DNA of 64,000 bases from Puccinia triticina (GCA_026914245.1 CP110439.1:1-64000); one strand, 5' to 3'; shown: positions 1 to 12,852, numbered from the stretch's first letter. Translations and numbers: made by a program. The notes: generated by a model from the sequence alone, not told the origin.

Positions 1-220
1 AACCCTAACCCTAACCCTAACCCTAACCCTAACCCTAACCCTAACCCTAACCCTAACCCTAACCCTAACCCTAACCCTAACCCTAACCCTAACCCTAACC
101 CTAACCCTAACCCTAACCCTAACCCTAACCCTAACCCTAACCCTAACCCTAACCCTAACCCTAACCCTAACCCTAACCCTAACCCTAACCCTAACCCTAA
201 CCCTAACCCTAACCCTAACC

Positions 221-251
<31 letters not shown>

Positions 252-329
252 TAACCCTAACCCTAACCCTAACCCTAACCCTAACCCTAACCCTAACCCT
301 AACCCTAACCCTAACCCTAACCCTAACCC
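1..329. repeat. Telomeric repeat (CCCTAA)n, left chromosome end
   Basis: Continuous CCCTAA array from base 1, with two variant units near 241-252; ends at ...CCCTAACCC|AATACC. Confidence 0.99.
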
Positions 330-1743
330 AATACCTTTTGATCACATTCTCCTTGGGACAGTGTGGGTGTTTCGAATCAAAATGAATGCTGCTGGTCAAT
401 TTGTGAAGTTTAAAGCCAGGCTCTGTGCGCAAGGCAGTGCGCAACAAGATGGGATCGATTACAATGAGACTTTTGCTCCTACTGGTTGTCTTCCTGCTCT
501 TTGCTCCGTCTTGGCATTTGGTGTAAACAACAATCTTGACATTCATCAAATGGACGTCAAGAAAGCGTTTTTAAATGGAGTTCTTGATGAAACAGTTTAT
601 CTTCAAATTCCACAAGGTCTTGAGGCGCCTCCGGGGACTTGTCTTTGTCTTATCAAATCAATTTACGGTTTTAAACAAGCTCCTTGAGTTTGGTACCGCG
701 AGTTATCTGCGTTCTTTGAGACAATCAATTTTTTCCCTTCTCCAAATGATCCCTGCCTTTTCAAATCCGCCGATCCCGACTGGCTCTGCTTGGTTCATGT
801 TTACGTGGACAATCTTGTGGTCGTTTCAGGGGATGTTGCTCAATTCAAGAGGTTTATCAGCGATTGATTTTTGATGGAGGACTTGGGACCCATCAACTCT
901 CTGCTCGGAATGAAAATTTTTCGCACGGACGACCACCTTGAACTGTCTCAAGAAAACTATGTGACTGAAATTGTATCAGAATACAACATGACGGATTCCC
1001 GTCCTGTTCTTACTCCGATGGTCCCAAATACAAGGCTTGTTTGTGCGACTCCTGAATAAATTGAAATTTTTCAAAAACTTAACATCAGTTATCAACATGC
1101 GATAGGCTTGGTCAACTGGGCAGCGGTGGCGACTAGACCAGATATAACGTTTGGTGTTTCTCAACTTTCTCAGCACTTGGAGAATCCTGGGATAGTGCAT
1201 TGGCACGCTTTCCTCCATCTGCTTCGCTATCTCTCAAAAACGATTGACTTCTTGTTAAACATTGGTGCCAACAAAAATCAAGTCGCAATCTATGTAGACT
1301 TGGATTATGCCAGCTGCGTCGATACTCGACGTTCTTATTCCGCTTATTTGGTTCGGTAAGGAAACTCAATAATCTCTTGGCGAGCTAGAAAGCAAGCTTC
1401 TGTGGCTTCATCCACGACAGAAGCGGAGTACAAGTCATTGTACAACAGTGTTCAAGAAGCAATTTTGATGTGCATGCTTCTCTCTTCCCTCAACTTGCCA
1501 CTTTATCCAATTCCAGTGTTCTGCGACAACCAAGGCGCCATTTCTTTGGCTAAAAATCCCTTATTCCAACAACAATCAAAACATACTGACGTTAAATTTC
1601 ATTTTATTCGGGAAGCTGCTGAAAACAATCAAGTCAAAATCAAATACATCCCAACAAACGATAATCAGTCTGACGGTTTCACCAAGTCTTTATCTATTCG
1701 ATGTCATCAAATGTTTCTTTGATATCTCGGCTATCAACTTTGA
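330..1743 (+). pseudogene. Ty1/Copia pol remnant (RT + RNase H), 5'-truncated by the telomere
   Basis: Motifs WVFRIK..KARLCAQG, HQMDVKKAFLNG, KSIYGFKQAP, VHVYVD, TRPDI, SSTTEAEY, CDNQGAI, KHTDVKFHFIRE; several in-frame stops. Confidence 0.95.
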
Positions 1744-1777
1744 GATTTCAAAGCTGAAAACTGAAAACAAGGGGGGG

Positions 1778-2129
1778 TGTTGAACTTGTAGCTGTAGCAG
1801 TTTGGGTTCCTTTTCAGCTTTAACCTTTGTTACTCTTACTTATGTGTAATGTAGTCGTGCCGCAGTTTTTCTGTTCCAAAACCTAGTTGATCTCTTAAAT
1901 CCCCGCTCCAATCATGTACCGGTCCTTTCTTTAATCAACTCAATAGTTTTGTCAACCAATCAACTCCTCACTAACTCTTATCGATACAATCAGGTTAGTG
2001 ATTGTCGTCAGTGAACACTGTATCTAAGTGTAGATACTAACACTACACCTTCTAAAAGTCTCAAGTTCATTACCAGCCTTGGTAAAGCCTGTTGAAGTTG
2101 AAGGGTGAGATGTCCGAGGACTGAATTCA
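1778..2129 (+). repeat. 3' LTR of the Copia element (right end approximate)
   Basis: Polypurine tract AAGGGGGGG (1769-1777) directly followed by TGTTGAAC. The right end is guessed at ...GAATTCA because there is no second LTR to compare. Confidence 0.6.
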
Positions 2130-3213
2130 CTGTGAAACTTTGTGCGGAAAGCTGTGAGGGTGATGGAGGTGAGTGGGACTTGGTTGAAAGTAACATGTCC
2201 CTCTGGAGTCCGGGGGGGTGACAAGGAAATTGGTTGAAGATGAAATGTCCCTCTGGGGGTGACAAGGGACTTGGTTAGAGGTGAGGTGGAGGGGTGTTGA
2301 GGGTGACGTGTCCCTCCGACGCACGGACTTTTGGAATCTGGGTAGCCCCCCTTCTGCTGGCCACTGGTGGTTGTTGGCTTGCTGGCGGTCAAAGCTTCTT
2401 GATGTCATATTGCCGCTATGCCTGCCGGTGGATGTTTGGTTGGGGCGTGTTTGCCAGCGACTCAACCGGGCAAGTTACCAAAACTTGCCTGAAGTCGAGT
2501 CAACTTCACCTGGGCTTGAGTGTTGGCGGGGGTGTGGACAGATTGGCGGCAATTTGACAGCGCGGGAGTCAATTTGCCGGTGGCTTCCACCCCCCGTCAA
2601 TCTGACGGGCAAAACTTTAAAAAGCGAAACCGCCGTGTATCTATTTATTTAGATGTGGGATACTGGGAAGGCCCCAGCAAGCCTCTATGGAACTACTAGG
2701 GTCCTCCTTAGGGAATCTCCGATTGAGAAGCGGAAACTCAATACAACTTTGAGCAAAGTACGGAAGCCGAGGGACGACACCAATTGCGCCATCGCGCCAT
2801 TGCGCCAAATCACTATGTTGCGAGTCACAACACAGTGATTTTGGGGGGTCAGTCGCAACTTGCGACTGATCCCCCAGAAAATCTCCCACACTATGTGCAC
2901 ATCACCCCCTAGAAAAACATTCAGAAGGAACAATACATCGCTTGTATTGATACAGGTGTATCAATACATTGGTACACTGATACATCTGTATTGCTACCAT
3001 GCGTATTGGCATATTGGTACATCAATACATATGTATCCGTAATTTGATACATCCATACATTTGTATTGGTAATTCAATACAGATGTATTGGTAATTTGAT
3101 ACAGATGTATTGGTACACAGATGTATTGGTAATTCAATACAGATGTATTGGTACACAGATGTATTGGTACATTGATACAGATGCATAGATACATCGATAT
3201 CGAATAATTTAGA

Positions 3214-4030
3214 GCTGGAACCCGCGGGGTACGGGGCAGATTTATTCCCGCCTTATACCCGCCCGCGGGTACCGACTCGAGGATACCCCTCGGGGCCTTC
3301 CGGGACATGGATACCTGCCAACCCGCGGGACACGGGTATACCCTGCTGACCTGTGGCCCCCGGGGGATACAATACACCTCCCCGTGGGATACGATACACC
3401 TTCCCGCGGGATACAATACGATACAATTCACACAAGCTCCATGTTCCCGCGGGGCAGCACTGCCCTGCGGGAACGTGGACCGCAGGAGTCATCCCGAAAC
3501 CCCGTCCCGCGGGTATGCCCCGACGCCTTGGGTAGGTTCAACGTTGTAATAGCTGCGCTGCTTTTAGCGCAGCAAAGCGGTTAGCGCAGCGGCTTTTTGT
3601 GCCGCTGCGCGCAGCGGCCAGACCGCTGCGCTAACCGCTTTTTGTTTTCCTGGAAAAAAAAAAAGATAATTTTAGCGCGCTAAAAAAAGCGGTCACATAG
3701 CGCTGAACCGCTGCGCTTCAGCAGTAGCGCAGCGGTTTGAAAAAGAAGAAAGAAAATGGTCTAAATCATGTTAAAAGAGTTTTAACATGCAGTTAAATTC
3801 CGCTATCCGCTAAATTAGCGGATAGCGCAGCGGATTTCCACTTCTGCTGCGCTATCGCTAATTTCCCTGGGTGGGTAGCGGTCAACCGCTGCGCGTAGCG
3901 AGTAGCGCAGCGGTTTTTTCAACAGCTTCCGCTACTTGCCTCTGGGACGTAGCCATGTGACCGCTGCGCTGCGCTAAATGACCGCTTTTTTTAGCGCAGC
4001 GCAGCGTTTGCAACGTTGGTAGGTTCCAGC
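3214..4030. mobile_element. MITE-like GC-rich element nested in the foldback element
   Basis: Short TIR GCTGGAACC / GGTTCCAGC with many CCCGCGGG/GGGATAC motifs; no clear TSD. Confidence 0.6.
3539..4018. mobile_element. Non-autonomous TIR element with 7-bp TSD
   Basis: Termini CAACGTTGTAA / TTGCAACGTTG; flanks GTAGGTT (3532-3538, 4019-4025); dense GCGCAGCGG/GCGCTAA motifs. Confidence 0.85.
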
Positions 4031-4663
4031 GCAAATCAATACCTCAATACACAAGTATCGCTACATTGATACAGATGTATTGAGTTGCCGATACGTCCGT
4101 ATTGATGTAGCAATAGTTACCGATACATCTCTATTGATGTAGCAATACTTATGTATCAATACATCTGTATCAACTTACCAATACATCTGTATCAATGTAC
4201 CAATACATCTGTGTACCAATACATCTGTATTGAATTACCAGTACAAATGTATGGATGTATTGAATTACCGATACATATGTATTGGTGTACCGATATGCCG
4301 ATACGCATGGTAGCAATACAAATGTATCAGTGTACCAATGTATCAATACACGCGATGTATTGATACAAGCGATGTATCGTTCCTTCTGGATGTTTTTCTA
4401 GGGGGTGATGTGCACATAGTGTGGGAAATTTTCTGGGGGATCAGTCGCAAGTTGCGATTGATCCCAGTCTCAACACAGTGATTTGGCGCGATGGCGCGAT
4501 GGCGCAATTGGTGTCGTCCCTCGGCTTCCGTAGCAAAGTGATCAAGACTTTTGTAGCCATCATCTCCTGCAAGCATATCAAAGAAGCCTTTGAAAAGTGC
4601 TCTTGCGGTGTAAATGCCTCATCTGGCTTTCTATTCACGTCACCCTTTCAAACCAAGTGATGA

Positions 4664-5124
4664 TGTGAGCCTGAGGTATTAGGGTTTTTTGGGGAACCGG
4701 GGATAACGGAAAACTACAGACAAGCTACCAGAATTTCCGGACCTGTTTTCAAGGTCTAGTATCCTTTTACAGTGTAACTTTGAAGATGTTTTAGTAATAG
4801 GCTTTGCGCGGGAGCAAGGTGGTTTGATTTGTAAATTATGAGATTGATTTCAAGTTTTGAAGAAGGCAATGATACAAAGATTTTGCCACAAGGAAAGGAG
4901 CTTCCTGGTGGCTACAAGGACTTATTTATAATCTAACAACCAGCGAGGAAATTTCCAGAAATGACTACAAAGCAAGGATGATCATGAAAAACAGAAAGGA
5001 AAAGAAAAGTAAGGAAACTTCCGCGAACAAGAGCGGCATGTTTCTCGAATGTTCATTATCAAGAATGTCTTCAATGATCCTGGGAAACTTAAACAGAATA
5101 AACTTCAGTCATCTGTTTGTTACA
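4664..5124 (-). repeat. 3' LTR of Gypsy A
   Basis: TGTGAGCC...GTTACA (461 bp), nearly identical to 37491-37613 plus 41141-41491. Confidence 0.95.
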
Positions 5125-5140
5125 AAACATGCCTGACCTA

Positions 5141-8100
5141 TTAAGTCTTCTTTTTCTTGGGGTCCTGGGATTGACGCCATTGTGAGAGGTAATGCTGCAA
5201 AAAATGCTGGTAATAGGATGGTATATGGTCTTCAAAGACCCAAGTGTCTTCTCCCAGTGTAGCATTGCGCCAACGTAATAAGAAATCAAACTTACCTTTT
5301 CGTGACTTACCTTTCACTTGACAAGCATCCAAAATCTGGTATAATTTTGTCCAATCCACTACGCGCCCAGAATCATAATATGTATTTTTGACTCCTTCTA
5401 AAACTCCACGACCAGCGACCTGACTTGGAGGGTGATATTTTGCCAGAAGAGATACATTAAAGACCGGGTGCAACTTGGGGTACTCACGTGCAATGTCCAA
5501 TCTGACCGCATTCTCGCCCACCATCTCAATGACTTTGAAGGGTCCAATATATTGGTAATCCAGCTTTGCATTGATCCGTCGGGTTTGAATAAACTTCCGA
5601 AGAAGTAAGACCAGATTGCCAGGTTGATATTGAGTAGAAGGTTTCTTGTGTGCATCATGATAAAGAGCTTGTCAACGTTTAGCTTGTGTTAGACATTCAA
5701 TAGCCTTTTCCTGTATTTCTAAGTCAACAATAAAATTGTCTAGTGAACGGATTCCTGAATTTTCTGTTAAGGTACTAAACTTGGGATGAAATCCATTAGC
5801 AAAGAAAAATGGGGAGGTACCCAAAGACGCAGAATCTAAATTATTAATAGAGAACTCAGCAATGTCCAATATCTTGACCCAATTATCCTGTTAATACGAG
5901 CAGAAGTGGCGCAAATAATCTTCTAACACTTGATTCATGCGCTCCGTCTGCCCATCTGTTTGAGGGTGATAGGCGGTAGAAAATTCCGGGGTAATGCGTA
6001 AGGAGCGCATGAGAGAACACCAAAATTCACTTACAAAAATAGAACCTCTATCCGAAATTATCTTCTCCGGGATACCGTGAAGCCTAAAAATATTAGACCT
6101 GAATAATTGTGCTAATTGTTCAGCAGTATAAGTTTCTTTACATGGAACAAAGTGAGTGACCTTACTAAGCAAATCTATGACCACCATGATGGAGTCGAAG
6201 CCTCCCGAAATTGGTAGTTTAGTGATAAAATCCATCCCAATCACGCTCCAGGGACGGTGTGGAACTGGGAGGGGATTCAATGTTCCTTCTGGATTATGTC
6301 GACGAGCCTTAACACGCTGACAAGAGTCACAAGACTTTACATAGTTAATGACTTCCTTCCTGATTCCTGGCCAAGAAAAAGAGCGCGTGATCAAGGATAG
6401 TGTTCTTGCGATGCCCGGATGCCCCACGGTTGGTGCATCATGGAAAAGTTGGATTAAGTGGGTGCGCAAAGGAGCCGGGACAAATATTCTGTCTTGGAAC
6501 CAGAGTATATTATCACGCTCTATCAATTCCTCTCTCTCTTCTTGTCTTGCCTTGTCATAGTGTTTTGCAAAATAATCCAATACTTCTGTTTTGGGATGTT
6601 GGAAATGAAGATCATACAGGTTAAAGGACGAGCTAGGAGTAATTCCTTCAACATCATTAACTGAAACCATACGCCGCGCAATTGCCTGTGAGGGAATCAA
6701 AGGACCCATAATCCGGGCGTCGGCTAGGAGCATCCGCTGGGTTCGCCTTACCTGAGATGTGATAAATAGCCATATTGAAGCCATCTAAAATAGAAGCCCA
6801 CCGGGCCTGCTTAGGGGTCAAGTTTTTTGCAGTGATAAAATGGCGAAGGTTGGCATTATCTGAGTAAACACGGACCAGCTCCCTTGTACCCATAAGCCAG
6901 GCTCGCCATTGTTCAAAAGCAGAAATGATGGCGAGCAGTTCAAGATCAAATATAGACCAACCACGTTCTCTATCGGTCAGCTTCCTAGAATAGAAACTTA
7001 CTGGGTGTAACTTACCTTTTTGGTCCGGTTGACTTAAAACAGCAGCTATGGCGTATCCAGAGCTATCGACATGAACCACCCTGGCAAGTTGAAAGTCAAA
7101 ATGACAAAGGAGAGGGGCTGAGGCAAACACTTCTTGAGCGCTAGGAAAGCCGACCGGGGTCCTACTTGACGAATATTTTCAGAAGTGAACTGTCCCTCTT
7201 TTGTCAATTCCGTTAACGGCCGTGCCAAACCTGAAAACTTTGGAATGAATCTGCGGTAAAAATTGCAAAACCCCAGGAATCGACGGAGTTGTTGTAGGCT
7301 ATCTGGAAGTGGCCAATCAAGAATGGTGGAAACCTTTCCTTCATCCATCCGCAAGCCCTCACTGGAAATCACAAAACCTAAAAATTTGACCGACGATTGA
7401 AAAAACTGACACTTGTGGAAAGAGGCTTTCAGAGAGTATTGTCGTAGCTTACCTAATATGTTTTGTAAATCTATAGAATGTTGCTCACGGGTCTTGGAAA
7501 ACACTAGAATGTCATCGATATAAACGAAGCAAAATACATCTAAGTACTCACGTAAACTGTAAAATTCTCTCCTGTCACACATGTGACACTCACACAATTT
7601 GCTCCACTCTGACTCGCGAACTTCGAACTGAAGTTCAGCTCTCATCCTCTCCGGCACCAATTGAACGAACTCAACTCTCAACTCTCAGCTAACTCATCAA
7701 TCAACTCTCAACACTCAACTCACTCATCAATCGCCTTCCCTCATTCCTCTCCTTTCTTTCTCTTCCTTTATCTTATATTCCTCTTAGAATCCTGTCCTTC
7801 TTTGTCCGGTAAGATCTAACTCACTCGCGTACTCAACAAATCTCACCCAAACTTCTCAACTAACACTTTTGTCTCAGTCTGCACATTGTCTTTCCTTCCT
7901 AGTTCTCAACATCTAAGCCTGCTCTATATTTTCATATCTCTGTTTGCTCAAGTGTTGGTTCTTTCTTTCTTTCTTTCTTTATTCTCTGACTTCTTTACTC
8001 TCAATGTTCTTCTTTTCTGATTGTTTCTTCCCCAGTGTGTCGGCTTCAGTTAGATAATAAATCATCAAACATTATTATTTTATAAACAGTGTTGGATGAA

Positions 8101-8374
8101 TCTTTGGAAAATAGCCAGCGCATTAGCAAGGCCGGACGGCATAACACAATATTCAAATAATCCCCATGGTGTTCGAAAAGCTGTTTTCTACTCGTGACCC
8201 GGGGCCACCCGCAAAAGGTTGAAGGCTGCTTTAAGATCAATCTTTGAGAGGAATTTACAGCCTGCCAGGCTATTAAGCAGGTTAGCAATTACAGGTAATG
8301 GGTAAGAATCTCATACCGTAATTGAATTTAATTGTAGCTAATCTACACAAGGGCGGTCCTCTTTACCAGGGGTC
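5141..8374 (-). pseudogene. Gypsy A pol, 3' part (RT, RNase H, integrase, chromodomain-like tail), disrupted
   Basis: YIDDILVFS, FLGFCNFYRRFI, VDSSGYAIAAVL, GHPG..CDSCQ, MDFITKLP, SDRGS, YHPQTDGQTER, HPVFNVSLL, FLLRW..DTWV; stops and frameshifts; interrupted at 7558-8082. Confidence 0.93.
7558..8082. mobile_element. Solo-LTR-like insertion in Gypsy A RT
   Basis: Starts TGTAAAAT, ends ATTTTA; TAAAC on both sides (7553-7557, 8083-8087); removing it restores [16 protein letters not shown]. Confidence 0.8.
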
Positions 8375-8560
8375 TGTAAGGGTCTGTCCTCGGGGTGGGG
8401 AGGCGCTGGTCCGTCAAGTCTAGCTAGAATGTAAATTGCTAGATGGGGAAAGAGAATGGATCTTCCCCCAGCTCCTCCTTATGGTGAGGAGCGTGACATG
8501 TGTGTGTAGCTACAAGACATGTCCAGGGATGAGCCTGGCGCGCGGGCGCAGCTCATAACA
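8375..8560 (-). repeat. 3' LTR of Gypsy B
   Basis: TGTAAGGGTC...CTCATAACA, matches 35034-35219. Confidence 0.96.
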
Positions 8561-8647
8561 TCATCCCGCCTTTAACGCCCAAGCCCCCGGCTCTGCGTCC
8601 TCTCCCCGGGCAGCAATAAAAAACCCCGTAGGGAAAAAGCTTCACCC

Positions 8648-11600
8648 TCATTTCATCCTCCTCCTCCTGGCGTGTCTTTCCGTTGCGTCGGGAAATCTTG
8701 AGTCAAAATTTTGCACGAGTTCCTGGCAGTTCGCCAAATTTTCAGCCGGCTCCCATGAATCTTCCTCGGGTCCGAATCCTTTCCACGAGACCAAATATTG
8801 TTTCTTCTTCCTCATTCGCCTGCTGTCCAAGATCTCCGCCACCTCCCATTCTTCTTCCCCGTTGATTGTTACCGGCGCCGGTCTATCTGTCCCTCTTCCG
8901 TTGATTGTATCTGTAGAGTGTTTTCTCAAAACTGACACATGAAATACAGAATGTACCCCTTTCATTGAGAGGGGGAGTGTCAGTTTATAAACGGATTGAG
9001 AAATTTTAGCGCAGATTGGGAAGGGCCCCAGCCACTTGTGACCTAGCTTGGGGCATGGCCTGGTCGTCGAGATATTCCTGCTGTTGAGCCATACCTCGTC
9101 GCCAATCTTCCAATCCGGCGTCGGTCGCGCGTGTCTGTCGAATTGAGTTTTCATCCGGTCCTGTGCCTCTTCCAGGGCTGCTTTCAGCTCCTCTTGTACC
9201 GAGTTCAGCGTTCGTAGTCTGTCCTCTACCGTAGGTAAACATTGCGTCAAAGAAGGTATTCCCCCTAGTGTCAAGTTGAAACCGTAGTTTGCTTTGAATG
9301 GCGACATTCCTGTTGACGTGTGCGTGCTGTTGTTGTGCGAAAATTCCGCCATGGCTAGCAGAGGTTCCCAGTTGTCCTACCTGTAGCTTGTGAAATGCCG
9401 GAGGTACTGTTCTACGGCTTTGTTTGTGATCTCAGACTGGCCGTCTGTCCGAGGGTGGTACGCCGTCGATGGACAGAGCCTAATTCCCAGCCGGCCGCTT
9501 AACTCTTTTGTAATCCGCAAAATAAAGATGCTTCCCCGGTCCGACACTATTGTCTTAGGCGTCCCATGCAGCCGCCATACGTTCCTCAGCATCAGATCGG
9601 CTAGTTCTTCTGAAGATGAGTCCTTGCGACACGCTACGAAGTGGGCCATTTTCAAAAACCGGTCCACTACCGTGAGAATACTGTCCTTCCCGTGTGACTC
9701 CGGCAGGTCCGTGATCAGATCGTAAAAAATGTCTGTCCACGGGCCCGCAGGCACCGGCAGGGGCTCGAGGGCGCCAAATGGCTTCTGGGTTGTTGCCTTA
9801 ACCCTCTGGCACGAGTCGCACCCGTCGACATATCGGTTGACGAACTTCTTAAGCGATGGCCAGTTGAAGCATCGCCGGACTAGTGCAAGTGTCTTGGCCC
9901 TGCCCGGGTGTCCCGCCATACGGCAGTCGTGGTGGCTCTTCAAGATGGCTGTCTTGATTCTATCGTCAGCCGGTACTTCCACCCGTCCGTCGCGGTACAG
10001 TACTCCATTGTTGAGGCTCCACCCGTTGCTCGTCGCATTCCCTTTCCCACAGTCGGTCATCAAACTGGTCAGTCTCTCGTCATCCCCTGAAGCTGTCCTA
10101 ATATAACTCATCAGCTCCGTGTCCGAAGGGATAAGATCCTCTTCCTCTTCTAGCAATTGCCTGTTCTCCTCGGCCCCCATAACGTCTACTTCGAACCAAT
10201 AGTCCGCATCGAGTAGGTCAATTGACTCGTCGACGAAGAACTCATCGATTTCTGCTATCGCCGCGAAAGATTCGGAGGTGATGTTCTCCGGCCGTAGAAT
10301 TTGTCCAAACGTCAGCTTTTCCTCTCCCTTTGGGGCTAGGTCCGGGCGTCTGGAAAGGGCGTCCGGCTTTGTAGACTGGCGACCTGGGCGAAACACGATT
10401 TCGAAGTCGAAGTTGCCTAGCGTCTCAGCCCACCTCACCTGTCGACGCGTAAGGCTTTTTGTTGTCATGAAGGTTTCAAGGTTTCGGTGATCAGTGTACA
10501 CTATTGCCTTCAGGCGGTTCGGGTTCCCTTCGAGATAATGGCGCCATTCTTTAAACGCCGCCACGATCGCCAACAACTCCTTATCAAAGATCTCATAGTT
10601 CCTTTCAGCTTGGATGAGGGATCGCAATAGGAACGCCACCGGATGTAGCTCCCTATCCCTGCTGCATATCTGCGACAACACGGCTCCTAACGCAAAATCC
10701 GAGCAATCACACTCCAATAAGAATGGCTTGTAGGGGTCGGCTATCTTCAGGATAGGTGCGGTGGTGAACGCCGTCTTCAGCTCGTCGAAAGCCGCCTGGC
10801 ATTGCTTGTCCCACACGAATTGAGTGTTTGCGCGAGTAAGGTCGTGTAGCGGTTGGGTGGTCTTGGAGAAGCTCCCTATGAATCTGCGATAGAAGTTTGC
10901 AAATCCGACAAACCGTTGTAGTTCTGTTACTGAAGCTGGTGCTGGCCAATCCGTCACGGCTTTCACTTTATTCGGATCCATCCTCACCCTGTTGCAGGAG
11001 ATCAGGAGCCCTAGGTATTCTACCTCTCCTCGGGAAAACTTGCACTTTTCCGGCTTCAACCAAAGCTGTTGCTTGCTCAGCGTTTCAAGTACGCTTAGCA
11101 CGGCCTCTTCATGGTTAGATCCTCGCTGAGTGTATATCATGATATCATCCAGATACGCCGCGACGTCTTTTCCGATCCGTCCCAATAGGATGTCTTGCAT
11201 AAAAAACTGGAAGAATCCTGGGGCCCCCGTGGGCCCAAAAGGCATTGTCAATGGCGCAAACTGTCCCGCCCGGCAGACAAACACTAATTTTTCTTCGTCT
11301 CCCTCGGCCACTCTCAGGTTTCCGTACGCGTTTCGCAAGTCCAGCTTGGTGAAGCGGTTGGCATCTAGTAAGCTATCTACTAAATCCATCGTCAACGGGA
11401 GGGGGTACTTATTTTTTACTGTGACAGCATTCAGTTTACGGTAGTCGAAGCACGGCCGTAAGTTACCGTCCTTCTTTCCCGTAAACAGTACTGGCGCCGC
11501 CCAAGGTGACGTGGTCCTTCTGATAGTGCCTTGATCCAATCCTTCTCTAACTAATTTGTCCAGGGCGTCGTTTTCTGCCGGTGACAGTGGGATTATGCGA

Positions 11601-12799
11601 CTGGCCTGCGGGAGGGTTCCGGGAAGCAGGTCGACGCGGAAGTCGTATTTTCTTCGGGGAAGTAGCTTCTGGGCCTCCGACTTGTAGAACATCCGTAAGT
11701 ATTGGTGGTACACCGCCGGGACTAGTTCTTCTGGTGATCGTTGCGGCTCCGCCGACTTGGCATCGGCCGCTAGTTTTGCCGACGTGGACCAGACCGTCTT
11801 CGCCGCACCCAATTGACCGGTATTCGCGTCGGGTTCCTGCTGAAGGCTTTCTAAAGGAGGTACCCGCTTGCCAGTTGTCCCTACACTGACTGAGACATTG
11901 GGCCCTGGGGAGATAGAAATGTACTCACATCGCGGGGGTGTTAGTCGGCACGAAGCGCGCACCCCCTCGTCAGTTGTCCTCGCGTGCCTCAACCCGGGCT
12001 CCTCCCCATCTGTTGAGGTTTTTTTCGGACCTGACGACACCGCTGAAACGGTGGCGATTCCTGTTTGATCGGACTCTGGGAATTTGGTTGTCGTCCGCGG
12101 GGCCTGTGGTGTAAGTCCTAAAGGGTGTACCCGCTTGCCAGATATTCTCATACTCTCTGTCTGGTAGGGATGGGGTAAGATAGAACCAGACTCACATCGC
12201 GGGGGTGTTACTCGGCATAAAGCGCGCACCCCCTCGTCAGTTTTCCTCGCATGCCTCAACCCGGGCTCCTCCCCGTCTATTGAGGTTGTTTTCGGAACTG
12301 ACGACACTGTCTCGGCAGTGGCAATCTCCTGGATGGTGGGCTTGAATCTGCGCTCCTTCCAATCGATGTGGTGCCCGTGGGCTCTGACCCACGGCATCCC
12401 CAGTATCCCGTTGTAGGTGTCCTTGAGGCATGTGACTATGAATGTCGTCGGTTTTGTGTTGGCATCGAGGAACAGCTGCACCTCGGCTGATGATGTGTTT
12501 TTTGAACTGTCGAAGCCCGAGATTGTCCTCTCGGCTGGTGACGGTATGAGCTTTAATCTCTCTCTGTTCGCGTACGTCTCACTGATGACGTCGTGGGTTG
12601 CCCCCGAGTCTATGAGGAACGTGGCAAGTGGGGCGGTGGTTGTGGCTCTGGGATGGTAGTAAGAAGAAACGGGGGTGCTGACGAACAGCCTATTATCGAT
12701 TGCATTGAGGTGAACGATATTACAAGCCCCTAACTTTGCTACTACAATCCCTCCGCTCGGGTGAGGCACAACCCTCACACCCGAGCCTCACCATTTTTT
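8648..12799 (-). pseudogene. Gypsy B pol (protease, RT, RNase H, integrase, chromodomain) with premature stop at 9377-9379
   Basis: LIDSGAT, LRPCFDYRKLN, YLDDIMIY, ECDCSDFALGAVL, GHPG..CDSCQ, SDRGS, and EEEWEVAEILDSR..YLVSWKGF chromodomain; 1133-aa and 234-aa ORFs in the same frame. Confidence 0.95.
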
Positions 12800-12852
12800 G
12801 ACTCGTCCGCCATGCCTGCCCCGCCGCTGGTCCCCTCTCCCGTGGTGAGACG

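Larger units (their letters stand above)
2760..4531. mobile_element. Non-autonomous long-TIR (foldback-like) DNA element
   Basis: Termini ACGGAAGCCGAGGGACGACACC / GGTGTCGTCCCTCGGCTTCCGT; inverted arms run several hundred bp and include GATACA/TGTATT tandem motifs; flanking direct repeat AGCAAAGT (2752-2759, 4532-4539). Confidence 0.88.

Noticed and set aside
241..252. Variant telomere units
   Set aside because: Two compensating single-base indels; cannot be told apart from sequencing error.
2130..2640. Possible right end of another DNA transposon (...CCGCCGTG|TA) with short internal repeats
   Set aside because: No partner terminus or TSD in the window, so it cannot be supported as a feature.
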